DNA of 64,000 nucleotides, taken from positions 6,438 to 70,437 of IMG/VR virus record IMGVR_UViG_3300031152_000003. One strand, 5' to 3'. Position 1 is the first letter of the stretch. Every line of letters begins with the position of its first letter. The DNA is from a virus. The notes beneath the pieces were generated by a model, which saw nothing but the letters and a program-made list of their open reading frames with translations, ran no database searches and had not been told where the DNA came from. Below, piece by piece: positions 17,823-26,736 of this stretch. Position numbers and translations under genes: made by a program.

Positions 17823-18266
17823 TTATCCCCGCTCGATTCGGTCGACTATTACCTGCTGATTCTCGGCGAAGTCCTCGACCCAATCGCCGGGCCGCGTGTG
17901 CTGGCGGATGGTGCCGAGGTTCCGCCGCCAGTCCCCGCCCCGAACGCCGAACGTGGTGGGCCGGGTGCGGTGCTCGGCGAAGCAGCGCTGTCCGGAGTCG
18001 AACAGGAACTCGGTGAGCCCGGTCGGGCCGCGCCGCTCGGTGTACGTCCGCCGCGCCGCGGTGCGGATGTAGGCGGCCTGCCCCCGGCCGAGGTCGGTCG
18101 CCTCGTCGACCAGGGTCCGCCAGCCGCCGCGCCACGCCGCGCAGTCGACCAGCTCGCACGCCGCCCGCACGAGGGTGTCGCGGGGCGCGGACAAGCTGTA
18201 GGTCTTGTACGCCCCCACCGGCCCGGCCGGCTGGATCCGCTGCGTGGGCGGCGCGGTGATCCGCAT
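17823..18266 (-). CDS. hypothetical protein (147 aa)
   Basis: between the two tail-tube paralogs; GC3-rich. Confidence 0.45.
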   Translation of the reverse strand: MRITAPPTQRIQPAGPVGAYKTYSLSAPRDTLVRAACELVDCAAWRGGWRTLVDEATDLGRGQAAYIRTAARRTYTERRGPTGLTEFLFDSGQRCFAEHRTRPTTFGVRGGDWRRNLGTIRQHTRPGDWVEDFAENQQVIVDRIERG

Positions 18267-18267
18267 G

Positions 18268-19023
18268 TCAGAACGCCGGGCTCGTGAGGTTCCGGACCAC
18301 GGTGACCTGGAACGTCACGCTGGTCACGCCGCCGACCGTGGTCGTGGCGACCCGGAGGTACCGCTCGACCGCGAGGACCGCGCTGGTGGCGATCCGCTGC
18401 GTCTGCGGCGCCGTCGTGACCGCGGTGAACGCGCCCCCGACGACGTCGGCGTACGCGTCGCCCGCATTGTCGGAGGACTCCTGCAGCTTGATGGTGACGT
18501 CGGTGCCTGTGAACGCCGTGACCTGGAGGTACGCCTGCAGGCCGAAGTTCGTCGTCCCGGTCGCGCCGGAGTCGACCGCAGCCCCGTTCGTCGCGGCCGT
18601 GTCGGTCCGCAGGCCGGCGGTATGGGATATGCCCCATTCCAGGCCGAACCCGTTGGCCTGCGCCGCCACGGCGATCGTGAGCGCCCCGTCGTTCGCCCTC
18701 GTGGGGGCGTAGTCGATCTCCTTCCCGACCAGGCAGGCGGCCGGCCCGCCGATCGCCGCGCCCCGCAGGTACGTCAGCGTGACGTCGGTGGTCGGGAGCG
18801 CGGACAGGACGGGGTGGGCCTGGTTCGCGGCGGGGTTGTAGAACGCGGAGAACTCGATCCCGCCGTCGCGCTGCCCGCCGATGCGTTCCATGGCCGACTT
18901 GTCGATGCCGGTGACGTCGAGGGTGGCGGGTCCGCCTGCGATGCGGCCGAGGGAGCCGATGTCGCCGGACAGGTCGTACCCGCCGACCAGCAGCCGGTCA
19001 CCGAGGCCGCCCTGCTTCGCCAT
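18268..19023 (-). CDS. major tail (tube) protein candidate (251 aa)
   Basis: position upstream of chaperones/TMP; paralog of 17366..17785. Confidence 0.55.
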   Translation of the reverse strand: MAKQGGLGDRLLVGGYDLSGDIGSLGRIAGGPATLDVTGIDKSAMERIGGQRDGGIEFSAFYNPAANQAHPVLSALPTTDVTLTYLRGAAIGGPAACLVGKEIDYAPTRANDGALTIAVAAQANGFGLEWGISHTAGLRTDTAATNGAAVDSGATGTTNFGLQAYLQVTAFTGTDVTIKLQESSDNAGDAYADVVGGAFTAVTTAPQTQRIATSAVLAVERYLRVATTTVGGVTSVTFQVTVVRNLTSPAF

Positions 19024-19240
19024 CGGACACCTCCCTGATCTCCACGGAGGTGGGGTTGCTCAGCGCGCGGACGACGTCGATGGTCGCCCGGTCGCCGAAC
19101 CGCTCGACGTAGACGACGACGGGCTGCCCAACCTGGATGTCGATGACGGTCCGGCGGACGGAGCCGATGTCACCACCGACCAGCGCTTCGAGCGAGGTGA
19201 GGAGTTCGGGCTGGTTGAAGGTGGTGATGGCCACCGTCAC
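18998..19240 (-). CDS. hypothetical protein (80 aa)
   Basis: GTG 19240 in GTGA overlap; GC3-rich only from this start. Confidence 0.4.
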   Translation of the reverse strand: MTVAITTFNQPELLTSLEALVGGDIGSVRRTVIDIQVGQPVVVYVERFGDRATIDVVRALSNPTSVEIREVSDGEAGRPR

Positions 19241-19554
19241 CACCTGCCGAGCGGGTCGCCGACGTCCACGGCCCGCGTCCCGGACGGCTGGTGCGTCGCC
19301 ATCCCCGACAGGTTCGCCGACGGGTCCGCCTTCAGCCGGGCATGGGTGCGGAGCGCGGCGTCGGCCCACCCGTCGGGTACGTCGTTCAACCAGCCCCCGA
19401 CGTGCACACCCCGGGCGGAGGCGATCAGCACCGCTGTCGCGGGGATGGCGGCGTCGGCCGGGGTGAGGTGCCACCGCACCCGCCGGTTCCGGCCCTGGTC
19501 GACAACCACGACCGGGGCGGTGGCAGCGAGGGCGGGGGACGTGCTCATGGTCAT
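19237..19554 (-). CDS. hypothetical protein (105 aa)
   Basis: ATG 19554 in ATGA overlap. Confidence 0.4.
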   Translation of the reverse strand: MTMSTSPALAATAPVVVVDQGRNRRVRWHLTPADAAIPATAVLIASARGVHVGGWLNDVPDGWADAALRTHARLKADPSANLSGMATHQPSGTRAVDVGDPLGRW

Positions 19555-20786
19555 CACTCGTGTTGCTCCCAAACGTCGTTGCAGATCAGCGGCAGGGTGA
19601 TCACGACAGCCCGGTAGGACCGGTTGTCCTGGGTGAGGTAGCCGGCGTCCGCGCGCATCGGCTGCCCGGTCTGGCCCATCAGGTCCACGTTCCGCACCTG
19701 CGCGCCGAAGGTGAAGTCGCCGCTGTAGGCGGCCATCAGGGCGTCAACGGCGTTGACGATGCGGGGGTCGATGCCGTCCTGCGGTTCGGCGAGCATGTTG
19801 GTCGTGATCCGGATGTTGAACGTGAGCCGGATCGTCGTCGCGGCCAGCCCGGACGCGGACACCGCGGGTTCGATCGACTGGAACCACACCGCCGCCGTGA
19901 TGCCGAGGCCGGGCGCGGACTTCGGTTCGAACCCGGAGACCTGCTCGAACCGGCCGGATGCGAACGCGTGGGTCTCGATGGTCGCGGTGATCCCGGCGAT
20001 GTCCAGCGGCGTGATCGCCGCTGAGGGGACGGCGACGTCGATGCCGACCGCGGCGAAGTCCGACAGGCCGCCGTCGTCCGTCACCGACAGCAGCACGCCG
20101 TACGTCCCCGACACGGTGTAGGTGTGCATCGCACTGCTGGCCGAGGAGGCGGTCACGGCGGATCCGTCGCCCCAGTCGTACCGGTACGTGGCGCCGACCA
20201 GTGTCTCGTCGTCCTCCGCCACGATCGTTGCGGTCACGGTCGCCGCGGTGGCGGTCACGGTCGCCTGCGTGATCCGGGGGGCGGTGTTCCCGCCGATCCC
20301 GAGCGTGTAGGTCACGTCGGAGCCGTAGAACGGGTGCGCCCCCGGGCTGGTGGTGGGGAAGCTCCCGGGGGTGGTGTTGAACACCCCGTTGCCGTTGGTC
20401 GCGCTCGCCGTGCCCAGGGCGGACAGCGCCGCGTCGCCGGAGTCGACGTTGCTGGCCGCGAGCGCGTCCAGCAGCGCCCCGTAATTCCCCCCGGTGGAAT
20501 ACGACACCAGGAAGCGCTGCCCGGCCAGCCGCTCGACCGGCGCGTCCAGCTCGTACTGCGACCAGCCGGTCGGCAAGTCGTCCGCCAGCACCGCGATGCC
20601 CAACTGGCCGCCGCCGGTCGACCAGATCCGGCCCCGGCGGCTGGTCACGTTCACCTCGCCCGCGCCGGCCCACACCCGGATGTGGGTGATGGTGATGTCG
20701 GAGTTGACCAAGAACTCCGTGCCGAGCTCGTAGTCGTTGCCGTCGACCTGCTCGACCGGGTCCGCGCCACCCCAGGCGGTTGCCAC
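19554..20786 (-). CDS. virion protein with DUF4082-like N-domain and PKD/Ig-like domain
   Basis: YRYDWGDGSAVTASSASSAMHTYTVSGTYGVLLSVTDDGG matches the PKD motif WDFGDG...H.Y...G.Y.V.L.V.D..G; N-terminal YELGTEFLVNSDITITHIRVW. Confidence 0.55.
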   Translation of the reverse strand: MATAWGGADPVEQVDGNDYELGTEFLVNSDITITHIRVWAGAGEVNVTSRRGRIWSTGGGQLGIAVLADDLPTGWSQYELDAPVERLAGQRFLVSYSTGGNYGALLDALAASNVDSGDAALSALGTASATNGNGVFNTTPGSFPTTSPGAHPFYGSDVTYTLGIGGNTAPRITQATVTATAATVTATIVAEDDETLVGATYRYDWGDGSAVTASSASSAMHTYTVSGTYGVLLSVTDDGGLSDFAAVGIDVAVPSAAITPLDIAGITATIETHAFASGRFEQVSGFEPKSAPGLGITAAVWFQSIEPAVSASGLAATTIRLTFNIRITTNMLAEPQDGIDPRIVNAVDALMAAYSGDFTFGAQVRNVDLMGQTGQPMRADAGYLTQDNRSYRAVVITLPLICNDVWEQHE

Positions 20787-20787
20787 G

Positions 20788-21183
20788 TCAGCCGCCCATC
20801 CTGCGCACGTGGAGCTCGACGACGTGGTCGGTCAGGATCTTGACCTGCCCCTCGACCCGCTGGGCGGCGCGGCGGAAGCTGCTGTAGCCCTTGAACCGGG
20901 TCGTCTTGTTCCGGGACGACTGACCTTCCAGCCACGGACCATATACGACACCGCGGTCGTTAACGGACACATCCGATTGCACCCGTTCCATCCGGATCTG
21001 GGTCTCGTAGTACGGCGTCGGGTGCTTGATCGACAAGTCGAGGAGCCGGTGCACCTCGGCCAACGCCTGCTGCCCCACCTCCCACACCGCGTCGTCGGCC
21101 AGCTTCCGCATCTCGGTCGAGAAGACTCCCGGGTCGGACAGCGGCCCGGTCCAGGAGGTGTCGACGGTGATGTCGATGCTCAT
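20788..21183 (-). CDS. hypothetical structural protein (131 aa)
   Basis: GC3-rich tail of an otherwise Arg-rich artefactual ORF; ATGA coupling at 21180-21183. Confidence 0.45.
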   Translation of the reverse strand: MSIDITVDTSWTGPLSDPGVFSTEMRKLADDAVWEVGQQALAEVHRLLDLSIKHPTPYYETQIRMERVQSDVSVNDRGVVYGPWLEGQSSRNKTTRFKGYSSFRRAAQRVEGQVKILTDHVVELHVRRMGG

Positions 21184-22232
21184 ACGGCGTACGTCCTCGC
21201 CTTCCTGCCGTGCGCCCGGTAGCAGTCGTCCTCGATCTGCTTCACACCCCGCCCGGTCCACTCCCGGGCGTTCTCCCCCTGACCTGCGATCCGGGCATAG
21301 CCGGACATCTCCTGCAGGTGCTGGTTCAGCGCGTAGGCGAGCGCCAGGTCCCGGGCGAGCGGCGGGGCCACGTACCGGGACAGTGGCGCGGCGGTGAGGT
21401 GGGAGGCCGGTGTGGTGCCGCCGTGCCCGCGGAAGACGGTGAGGGTGCGGGGGGCGTACAGGGTGGCGGCGGCGTGCGCGGCGAGCGCGGTGCCGTCGAC
21501 GGCCCGCTTCACCACGGCCACGTTCCCGGCGACGTCCTGCACGAGGATCCGTTCGGCGTCGACGGTGAGGATCTCGCCGGGGTGGATGGCGGTGCCGTCC
21601 GCGACGGTGGCCGACGTGGCGGCTGCGGAGGCGGCGAGGGTGGTCGTCTGGCCGGTGGTGAGCAGCGCCCTGCCGGTGATCAGCATCCGCTCGGAGTCGA
21701 CGCCGATCAGGTCCCCGACGCCGACGGCGGCCGAGTCGGTGACGTCCACCCCGGTCTCGGACGCGTCGAGCGCTTCGGCCGTGGCGCCCGCCGCGGCGGT
21801 GCTGGCGGACGCGCCGAACACGCCGGCCACGGCGATCGAGCGCTGGAACGTCGGGCCGGTGGAGAACGCCGACGTTGAGGACAGGTCGATCTCGATCCGG
21901 CTGTACGGGGGCTCGTCGAGGTCGTCGCTGCGGCGCAGGAAGTACGACGACGGAGGCAGCACCACGCCCCCGGCAGTCACGGCGGTGACCGTAATGACCT
22001 CGTTCGCGCCGAGCCACAGCCGCCACGGGGAGGAGATCTGGTCGCCGGGCCAGTCGAAGTACCGGGTGGTCGTGGTCGGGTAGAACCGGCGATGACACAG
22101 CCCGTCGACCCCGCCGGAGCCGGCCTCGACAGCGCGGTCGATGCGGGAGTCGGCGTAGGCGGTCGCCGCGACGTCGAGCGCGGCCTTGGCCTGCTCGCGG
22201 GTCGCGTAGCAGGGCCGGGTGATTGTGCTCAA
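21180..22232 (-). CDS. structural protein (350 aa)
   Basis: position in head-tail joining region; Ala/Thr-rich. Confidence 0.5.
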   Translation of the reverse strand: MSTITRPCYATREQAKAALDVAATAYADSRIDRAVEAGSGGVDGLCHRRFYPTTTTRYFDWPGDQISSPWRLWLGANEVITVTAVTAGGVVLPPSSYFLRRSDDLDEPPYSRIEIDLSSTSAFSTGPTFQRSIAVAGVFGASASTAAAGATAEALDASETGVDVTDSAAVGVGDLIGVDSERMLITGRALLTTGQTTTLAASAAATSATVADGTAIHPGEILTVDAERILVQDVAGNVAVVKRAVDGTALAAHAAATLYAPRTLTVFRGHGGTTPASHLTAAPLSRYVAPPLARDLALAYALNQHLQEMSGYARIAGQGENAREWTGRGVKQIEDDCYRAHGRKARTYAV

Positions 22233-22313
22233 CCTGTCCCTTGCTTTCGTTGGCGTCGGCCCGTCACCGGACCGTGGGTTGGAGCGGTATTCAGTTGTGC
22301 GTGCAACCAGCGG

Positions 22314-23000
22314 TCAGATCGGCTCCACGATGTGCCATCCGACCACCGACTGATCGGCGGCGATCCCCGTCACCGAGAACGACACCCCCACGGACCGTGC
22401 CGACACCCAGGCGATCCCGGCCGGCACACCGCCGGTCGACTGGACCGTCAGGAAGATCAGCGACGTGGCGGTCACCGCGGTCGTGGCGACCACCACCGGG
22501 GTAGCGCCGGTCAGCGTCAGCGTCCCCACCGTCGCCGCGGCACCGCCGGACTTGATCCGCAGCCCCTTCCCCGCGGTCGCGAGGATGAGGTTCCCGGCGG
22601 TGATGGTGGCGTCGCCGGTGCCGGCGATCGTGGTGACCGTGAGCGCGGCGCCGGACAGGGCGCCCGTGGCGGCGACGGTGCCGCCGGTGACCGCGCCCGA
22701 GGCCGCCACCGACGTCGCCGTCACCGCGCCCGCCGCGATGGCGCCGAGCCCGGACTGCCCGACCGCCAACACCGACGCGCCGGCCGCGTCCCGCAGGTCC
22801 AGCAGCGTCCCCGGCCCCCGCCCCGAGATGACCGGTGCGGAGGAGTTCGCCGACTGCGCCGAGATCGCCGGCCCCGACCCGGACGTGGCGCCCTGCACCA
22901 CGGCCAGCGCGGCACAGTTCGACGCTCCCGTCGACGGCGCGGCCCGGGCGGTGACGGGGGTTTCGCCCGGGTCGGTGGTGACGGCCTGCACGGTGGCCAC
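22314..23000 (-). CDS. Ala/Gly/Thr-rich beta-repeat structural protein (228 aa), possible head fiber/decoration
   Basis: low-complexity AGTV repeats. Confidence 0.45.
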   Translation of the reverse strand: MATVQAVTTDPGETPVTARAAPSTGASNCAALAVVQGATSGSGPAISAQSANSSAPVISGRGPGTLLDLRDAAGASVLAVGQSGLGAIAAGAVTATSVAASGAVTGGTVAATGALSGAALTVTTIAGTGDATITAGNLILATAGKGLRIKSGGAAATVGTLTLTGATPVVVATTAVTATSLIFLTVQSTGGVPAGIAWVSARSVGVSFSVTGIAADQSVVGWHIVEPI

Positions 23001-23002
23001 GG

Positions 23003-23476
23003 CTACTTCCGGCCCCTACTGCTGGCCGGGGATGTGGTCTCGGGGCCACTGCCATCCGTCGAACCGGCAGAAGTAGACCCCGCCCGGCCCCTCTTGGAGG
23101 GGCTCCCCGTCGTTGGGGCAGGCGGCGGGTCGCCGGTCTCGGACACGCTCGGCGTCGGCGGCTGCCTCGCGGACGATGTCGAGGTACTGGTACCAGGAGA
23201 TGGCTCCTCCTCCTCCACGTCCCCGCCGGAGTCCGGCTCAGGCTCGGCGGGTGCGGCCAGTTCGGGCATGTGCCCCGGCTCGCCCGGCCCGGCCTCGACC
23301 GACGTCGGCCCCCGACTCTCGGTGATCTTCGCCATTCCGTCCTCCCCTTCCCCACGCTCCCACCCGCACCGTGGGCACCGGTACAGCGCCAGCGCCCACG
23401 TGTGGCCGCACCCGGGGCAGCCGAACCCGCGCACCCTCGACAGACGCGGGACCACCCCGGGCGCGGCCGTCGTCAC
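23003..23476 (-). CDS. protein with N-terminal zinc ribbon (CPGCG...CPRCG) and acidic/Ser-Thr-rich tail
   Basis: two CxxC pairs; GC3 high in the N-half. Confidence 0.4.
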   Translation of the reverse strand: MTTAAPGVVPRLSRVRGFGCPGCGHTWALALYRCPRCGWERGEGEDGMAKITESRGPTSVEAGPGEPGHMPELAAPAEPEPDSGGDVEEEEPSPGTSTSTSSARQPPTPSVSETGDPPPAPTTGSPSKRGRAGSTSAGSTDGSGPETTSPASSRGRK

Positions 23477-23985
23477 GCCGCCGCCACCGCCGCGCCGTCA
23501 TCGATCGGGATGTACGTCATGACCCACTTCGTCTCGCCCGTGTTCGACGCCGACGCCTTCAGGTTCAGCGCGCCGGCCCGGACGATCAGCGGGCGCCACA
23601 GCGCCTGCACGTACGTCACGTTCGGAACCTCCGACGCCGCCACGGGGGTGCCGCCGATCGAGGACACCGACTGCACGCACAGCAGGTCCGTCGCCACGCC
23701 CGACGTGATCCCGTACAGCGTGCCGACCGCGTCGGAGGTGCACACGGTCGCCGCGCACAGGTCCGCCGCCGCCCCGCCGGACGGGGTGTAGGTGAGGTTC
23801 AGGTTCGTCGCGGTCGCGCCGAGCACGACGGTGACCTCGCCGGTCACCGACGTGATCATGACCTTGCCGCCGGTGACGGTGAACATGGCCGTCGACGCGG
23901 TCTGCGGAAGGGTGAACGTCGCCTTCGTGACCCGGATGCCGAGGAGGAGGGACCGGATCTGGTCGCCCTGGATGATGACACTCAT
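23473..23985 (-). CDS. structural protein (170 aa)
   Basis: ATGA coupling; head-tail connector region. Confidence 0.5.
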   Translation of the reverse strand: MSVIIQGDQIRSLLLGIRVTKATFTLPQTASTAMFTVTGGKVMITSVTGEVTVVLGATATNLNLTYTPSGGAAADLCAATVCTSDAVGTLYGITSGVATDLLCVQSVSSIGGTPVAASEVPNVTYVQALWRPLIVRAGALNLKASASNTGETKWVMTYIPIDDGAAVAAA

Positions 23986-24000
23986 GTCTGCCGCCCCTTC

Positions 24001-24522
24001 TCAGACGCTCGGGTCGGCAAGGTTCTGCGGCTTCCGCTGCACGGCCAGCCCGGACATGACGTAGAACGCCGCGCCCAGCTTCGTCGCCCCCGGCTGCGCC
24101 ATGTTGATCGACAGCCATTCGAACCCGTCCGACAGCTGGTTCGCGTCGACCTCGATCACCACCACCTGCGAGTGCTCCGCCGACGTGCCGGCCCCGCCGG
24201 TGTCGGTGATCTCCGACCCCGCCGACTGGGACACCTCGGCCCACGTCGACGCCGAGGTGAGCGCGAGCGCGTCCTTCAGGTAGTACTTCGTGATGATGTC
24301 GAGATCTTGAATGCTGCCGCCCGACGCGGCGGTCGACTCCTGCAAGTCGCACTGCAGGTCCGACGCGGCGGTGCCGATCGACGCGAACAGCACCACCGCG
24401 CACCGCTGGTAGTTCTTCATGTGGACCCGGAACCCGGTGTTCGCCCCGGTGTTCAAGTTCACCGGAAGGACCCCGGGGACGATGTCGAAGTCCTTGCCGA
24501 GCCCTCTCACGCCTGTGGTCAC
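24001..24522 (-). CDS. structural protein (173 aa)
   Basis: position downstream of capsid gene. Confidence 0.5.
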   Translation of the reverse strand: MTTGVRGLGKDFDIVPGVLPVNLNTGANTGFRVHMKNYQRCAVVLFASIGTAASDLQCDLQESTAASGGSIQDLDIITKYYLKDALALTSASTWAEVSQSAGSEITDTGGAGTSAEHSQVVVIEVDANQLSDGFEWLSINMAQPGATKLGAAFYVMSGLAVQRKPQNLADPSV

Positions 24523-24597
24523 TGTGGTGCCTTCCTGTCAGGTGTCCCCCGCCGGGGGTTTACTGCCGGCGGGGGCCGTTCCCCAGGCCCCGGGGTT

Positions 24598-24876
24598 CTA
24601 CTGCCGGGCCTGGTCTGTCTGCTCGGGCGGCGGGTCCGCGGCGTCCAGCTTCGACAGGGCGTCCGCCACGCTACGGAGGGTCCGGACCGCGTCGACCAGC
24701 TCGGCGTGCCGCCCGGCCAGCGGGGCGACATGGCGGGACTCCGTCGCCTGGATCGCCCCCACATCCCCGGCCAGCCCGGCGACCGCGTCGTCCACCGCAG
24801 TGACGGCCTCGCCCAGCCGAGCGGACAGGGCGCCGATCGCCGTGTTCGTCGCCGCGACCTGCTTCGCCGACGCCAT
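24598..24876 (-). CDS. hypothetical protein (92 aa)
   Basis: position; GC3. Confidence 0.4.
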   Translation of the reverse strand: MASAKQVAATNTAIGALSARLGEAVTAVDDAVAGLAGDVGAIQATESRHVAPLAGRHAELVDAVRTLRSVADALSKLDAADPPPEQTDQARQ

Positions 24877-25202
24877 CAGCCGGCCGGCGGAGCCGGGTTC
24901 TCCGTGTCCAGATCCGACAGGGACTGCGCCGCCGCGGTCACCTCCGCCACCCGCGCCTCCAGGCCGGACGTGTCCACGTTCGCCTGCGCCTTCAACTCAT
25001 CAATGTCGGCGCGGATCCCGCCGATCGCCGAGTTGATCTGCCCGACCGCGGCGTTGATGTTCGCCGCGATGGTGTCTACCTGGTCCTGGGTGGCCAAGGT
25101 GCCGATCCTTTCGGTGAGTGCAAGTAGCTGGTTCCCGATGCCCCGGAGCTGGGAGGCGATGTCACCCAGCTCGGGGGCATCGATCGGGATCGTGATCTTC
25201 AC
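24876..25202 (-). CDS. coiled-coil protein (108 aa)
   Basis: GTG 25202 start; heptad-rich Ala/Ile/Gln sequence; immediately downstream of capsid gene. Confidence 0.45.
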   Translation of the reverse strand: MKITIPIDAPELGDIASQLRGIGNQLLALTERIGTLATQDQVDTIAANINAAVGQINSAIGGIRADIDELKAQANVDTSGLEARVAEVTAAAQSLSDLDTENPAPPAG

Positions 25203-25212
25203 GGGTGAACGG

Positions 25213-26736
25213 CTATGCCCGCGTCGCGAGCTGAACGAACGGCGACAGGGTCGGACCATTGTTTTGAGGTGTAATGGCGCTGTTTAGCCACGGTCGCCCG
25301 TCTACTCTCTCAATGATCCTGTACGCGGTGTGGTCCTGGTTGAACAGGAAGTGCGGCGAGGACATGGCGGACATGACCTGCCGGTCCCCCACCAGGTAGA
25401 AGCCCAGGTCGACGAAGGAGATGTCACCGACCGTGCCCAGCACCCCGGGGGCCTTCTCCGTGAACACGACCGGGCGGCCGAGGATCGTCATGGGCGGGCC
25501 GACCGCGCCGTTGTTCAGCCAGATCGCACTGCCGCCGGTCCCGACACTGAGCGCCATGGTGGCGAGCTCGGGGAAGCAGTCGATGGAGCAGATCCACACC
25601 GCGGTCCCCAGCGACTGCGGCAACATGCGGGCGTACATCTTGACGATGTTCTCCCACACGATCGTCGCCGCGACCTGCCCGGTCTCCTTCGCCACCGAGA
25701 TGATCGCCGTGTTCCCCGTCGACAGGGCGCCCATCGGCTGCCCGACGCCGCTCCCCTTGAGGAACGCGATGTCCTCGTAGAACGCGAGCGCGAGCGGGAA
25801 AATCTCGTCGATGAACGCCTGGAAGGAGATCAGCGAGTCGGACAGCAGCTCGTTCGGGACCGTGGTGTAGCAGGTGAGCTTCTTCGCATCCAGCACGACG
25901 CGGGAGAACGACGCCTGGGACGCGGTCAGCGCCGCGCCCTCCTCGGTCCAGTAGGCGACGATGCCGCCGAACACGTTGGACACGTTGGAGGTGGAGTCGA
26001 TCGCGGGGAACGGGACCCGCAGCGTCTCCATCGGGATGACGCGGGCGCGGGACCGGACGATGCCGTCTTCCAGCGACACCCGCAGCAGCTCGGCCCGCAG
26101 CGTCTCCGGGATGAGGAACCCGCCCTCACTGGGCACCGTGCTGCTGAACGCGTTGCGGATGCGGGTCAGCTTGTTCTGCCGGTCGACGGTGTTGTTCGTC
26201 AGGTGCCAGATCGCCTTGAAGTAGTCCGCGCTGGCGCCGGGGCCGGTGAAGTCCTTGTCCAGCGCGGCGCCCATCGCCCGCGGGTTGTACAGCTTGTACG
26301 CCGCCCCCGGCCCCCGGCCGGACGGTGCGGGTACGTCGCGGGGGGTGAAGTCGAGCCGGCTGATCGGCCCCATCTCGTCCTCGTGCTCACGCAGGAAGTC
26401 CGCCAGGACCCGCTGGGTCTCGTCCTTGACCTGCGCCATGATCGACAGGTCCTGCCCCATCACCGCGCGGGCGGTCGCGCCGACGGCGTCGTAGAACTGG
26501 CCGGACTTGAACAGGTTGTCGACCCGCGACCGGTCGGAGAACATGTCCTCCAGCTCGGGCAGGGTCTGCGGGATGACGACCCGGTCGACCTCGCCGGTGC
26601 CGGTCTGCCCGGCTGGGGGTGCGCCGGCCCGGTTCAGGATCCGGCCGAGGTCGGCGGGGTTGATGCCCCGGTCGCGGAGCATCCGGCGCTGCCAGTTGGT
26701 CAGGCCGGAGCCGTAGCGCGGGCGCGTGACGGTCAT
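25213..26736 (-). CDS. major capsid protein, HK97 fold (507 aa)
   Basis: size, position after protease, composition typical of HK97-like MCP with N-terminal delta domain. Confidence 0.8.
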   Translation of the reverse strand: MTVTRPRYGSGLTNWQRRMLRDRGINPADLGRILNRAGAPPAGQTGTGEVDRVVIPQTLPELEDMFSDRSRVDNLFKSGQFYDAVGATARAVMGQDLSIMAQVKDETQRVLADFLREHEDEMGPISRLDFTPRDVPAPSGRGPGAAYKLYNPRAMGAALDKDFTGPGASADYFKAIWHLTNNTVDRQNKLTRIRNAFSSTVPSEGGFLIPETLRAELLRVSLEDGIVRSRARVIPMETLRVPFPAIDSTSNVSNVFGGIVAYWTEEGAALTASQASFSRVVLDAKKLTCYTTVPNELLSDSLISFQAFIDEIFPLALAFYEDIAFLKGSGVGQPMGALSTGNTAIISVAKETGQVAATIVWENIVKMYARMLPQSLGTAVWICSIDCFPELATMALSVGTGGSAIWLNNGAVGPPMTILGRPVVFTEKAPGVLGTVGDISFVDLGFYLVGDRQVMSAMSSPHFLFNQDHTAYRIIERVDGRPWLNSAITPQNNGPTLSPFVQLATRA

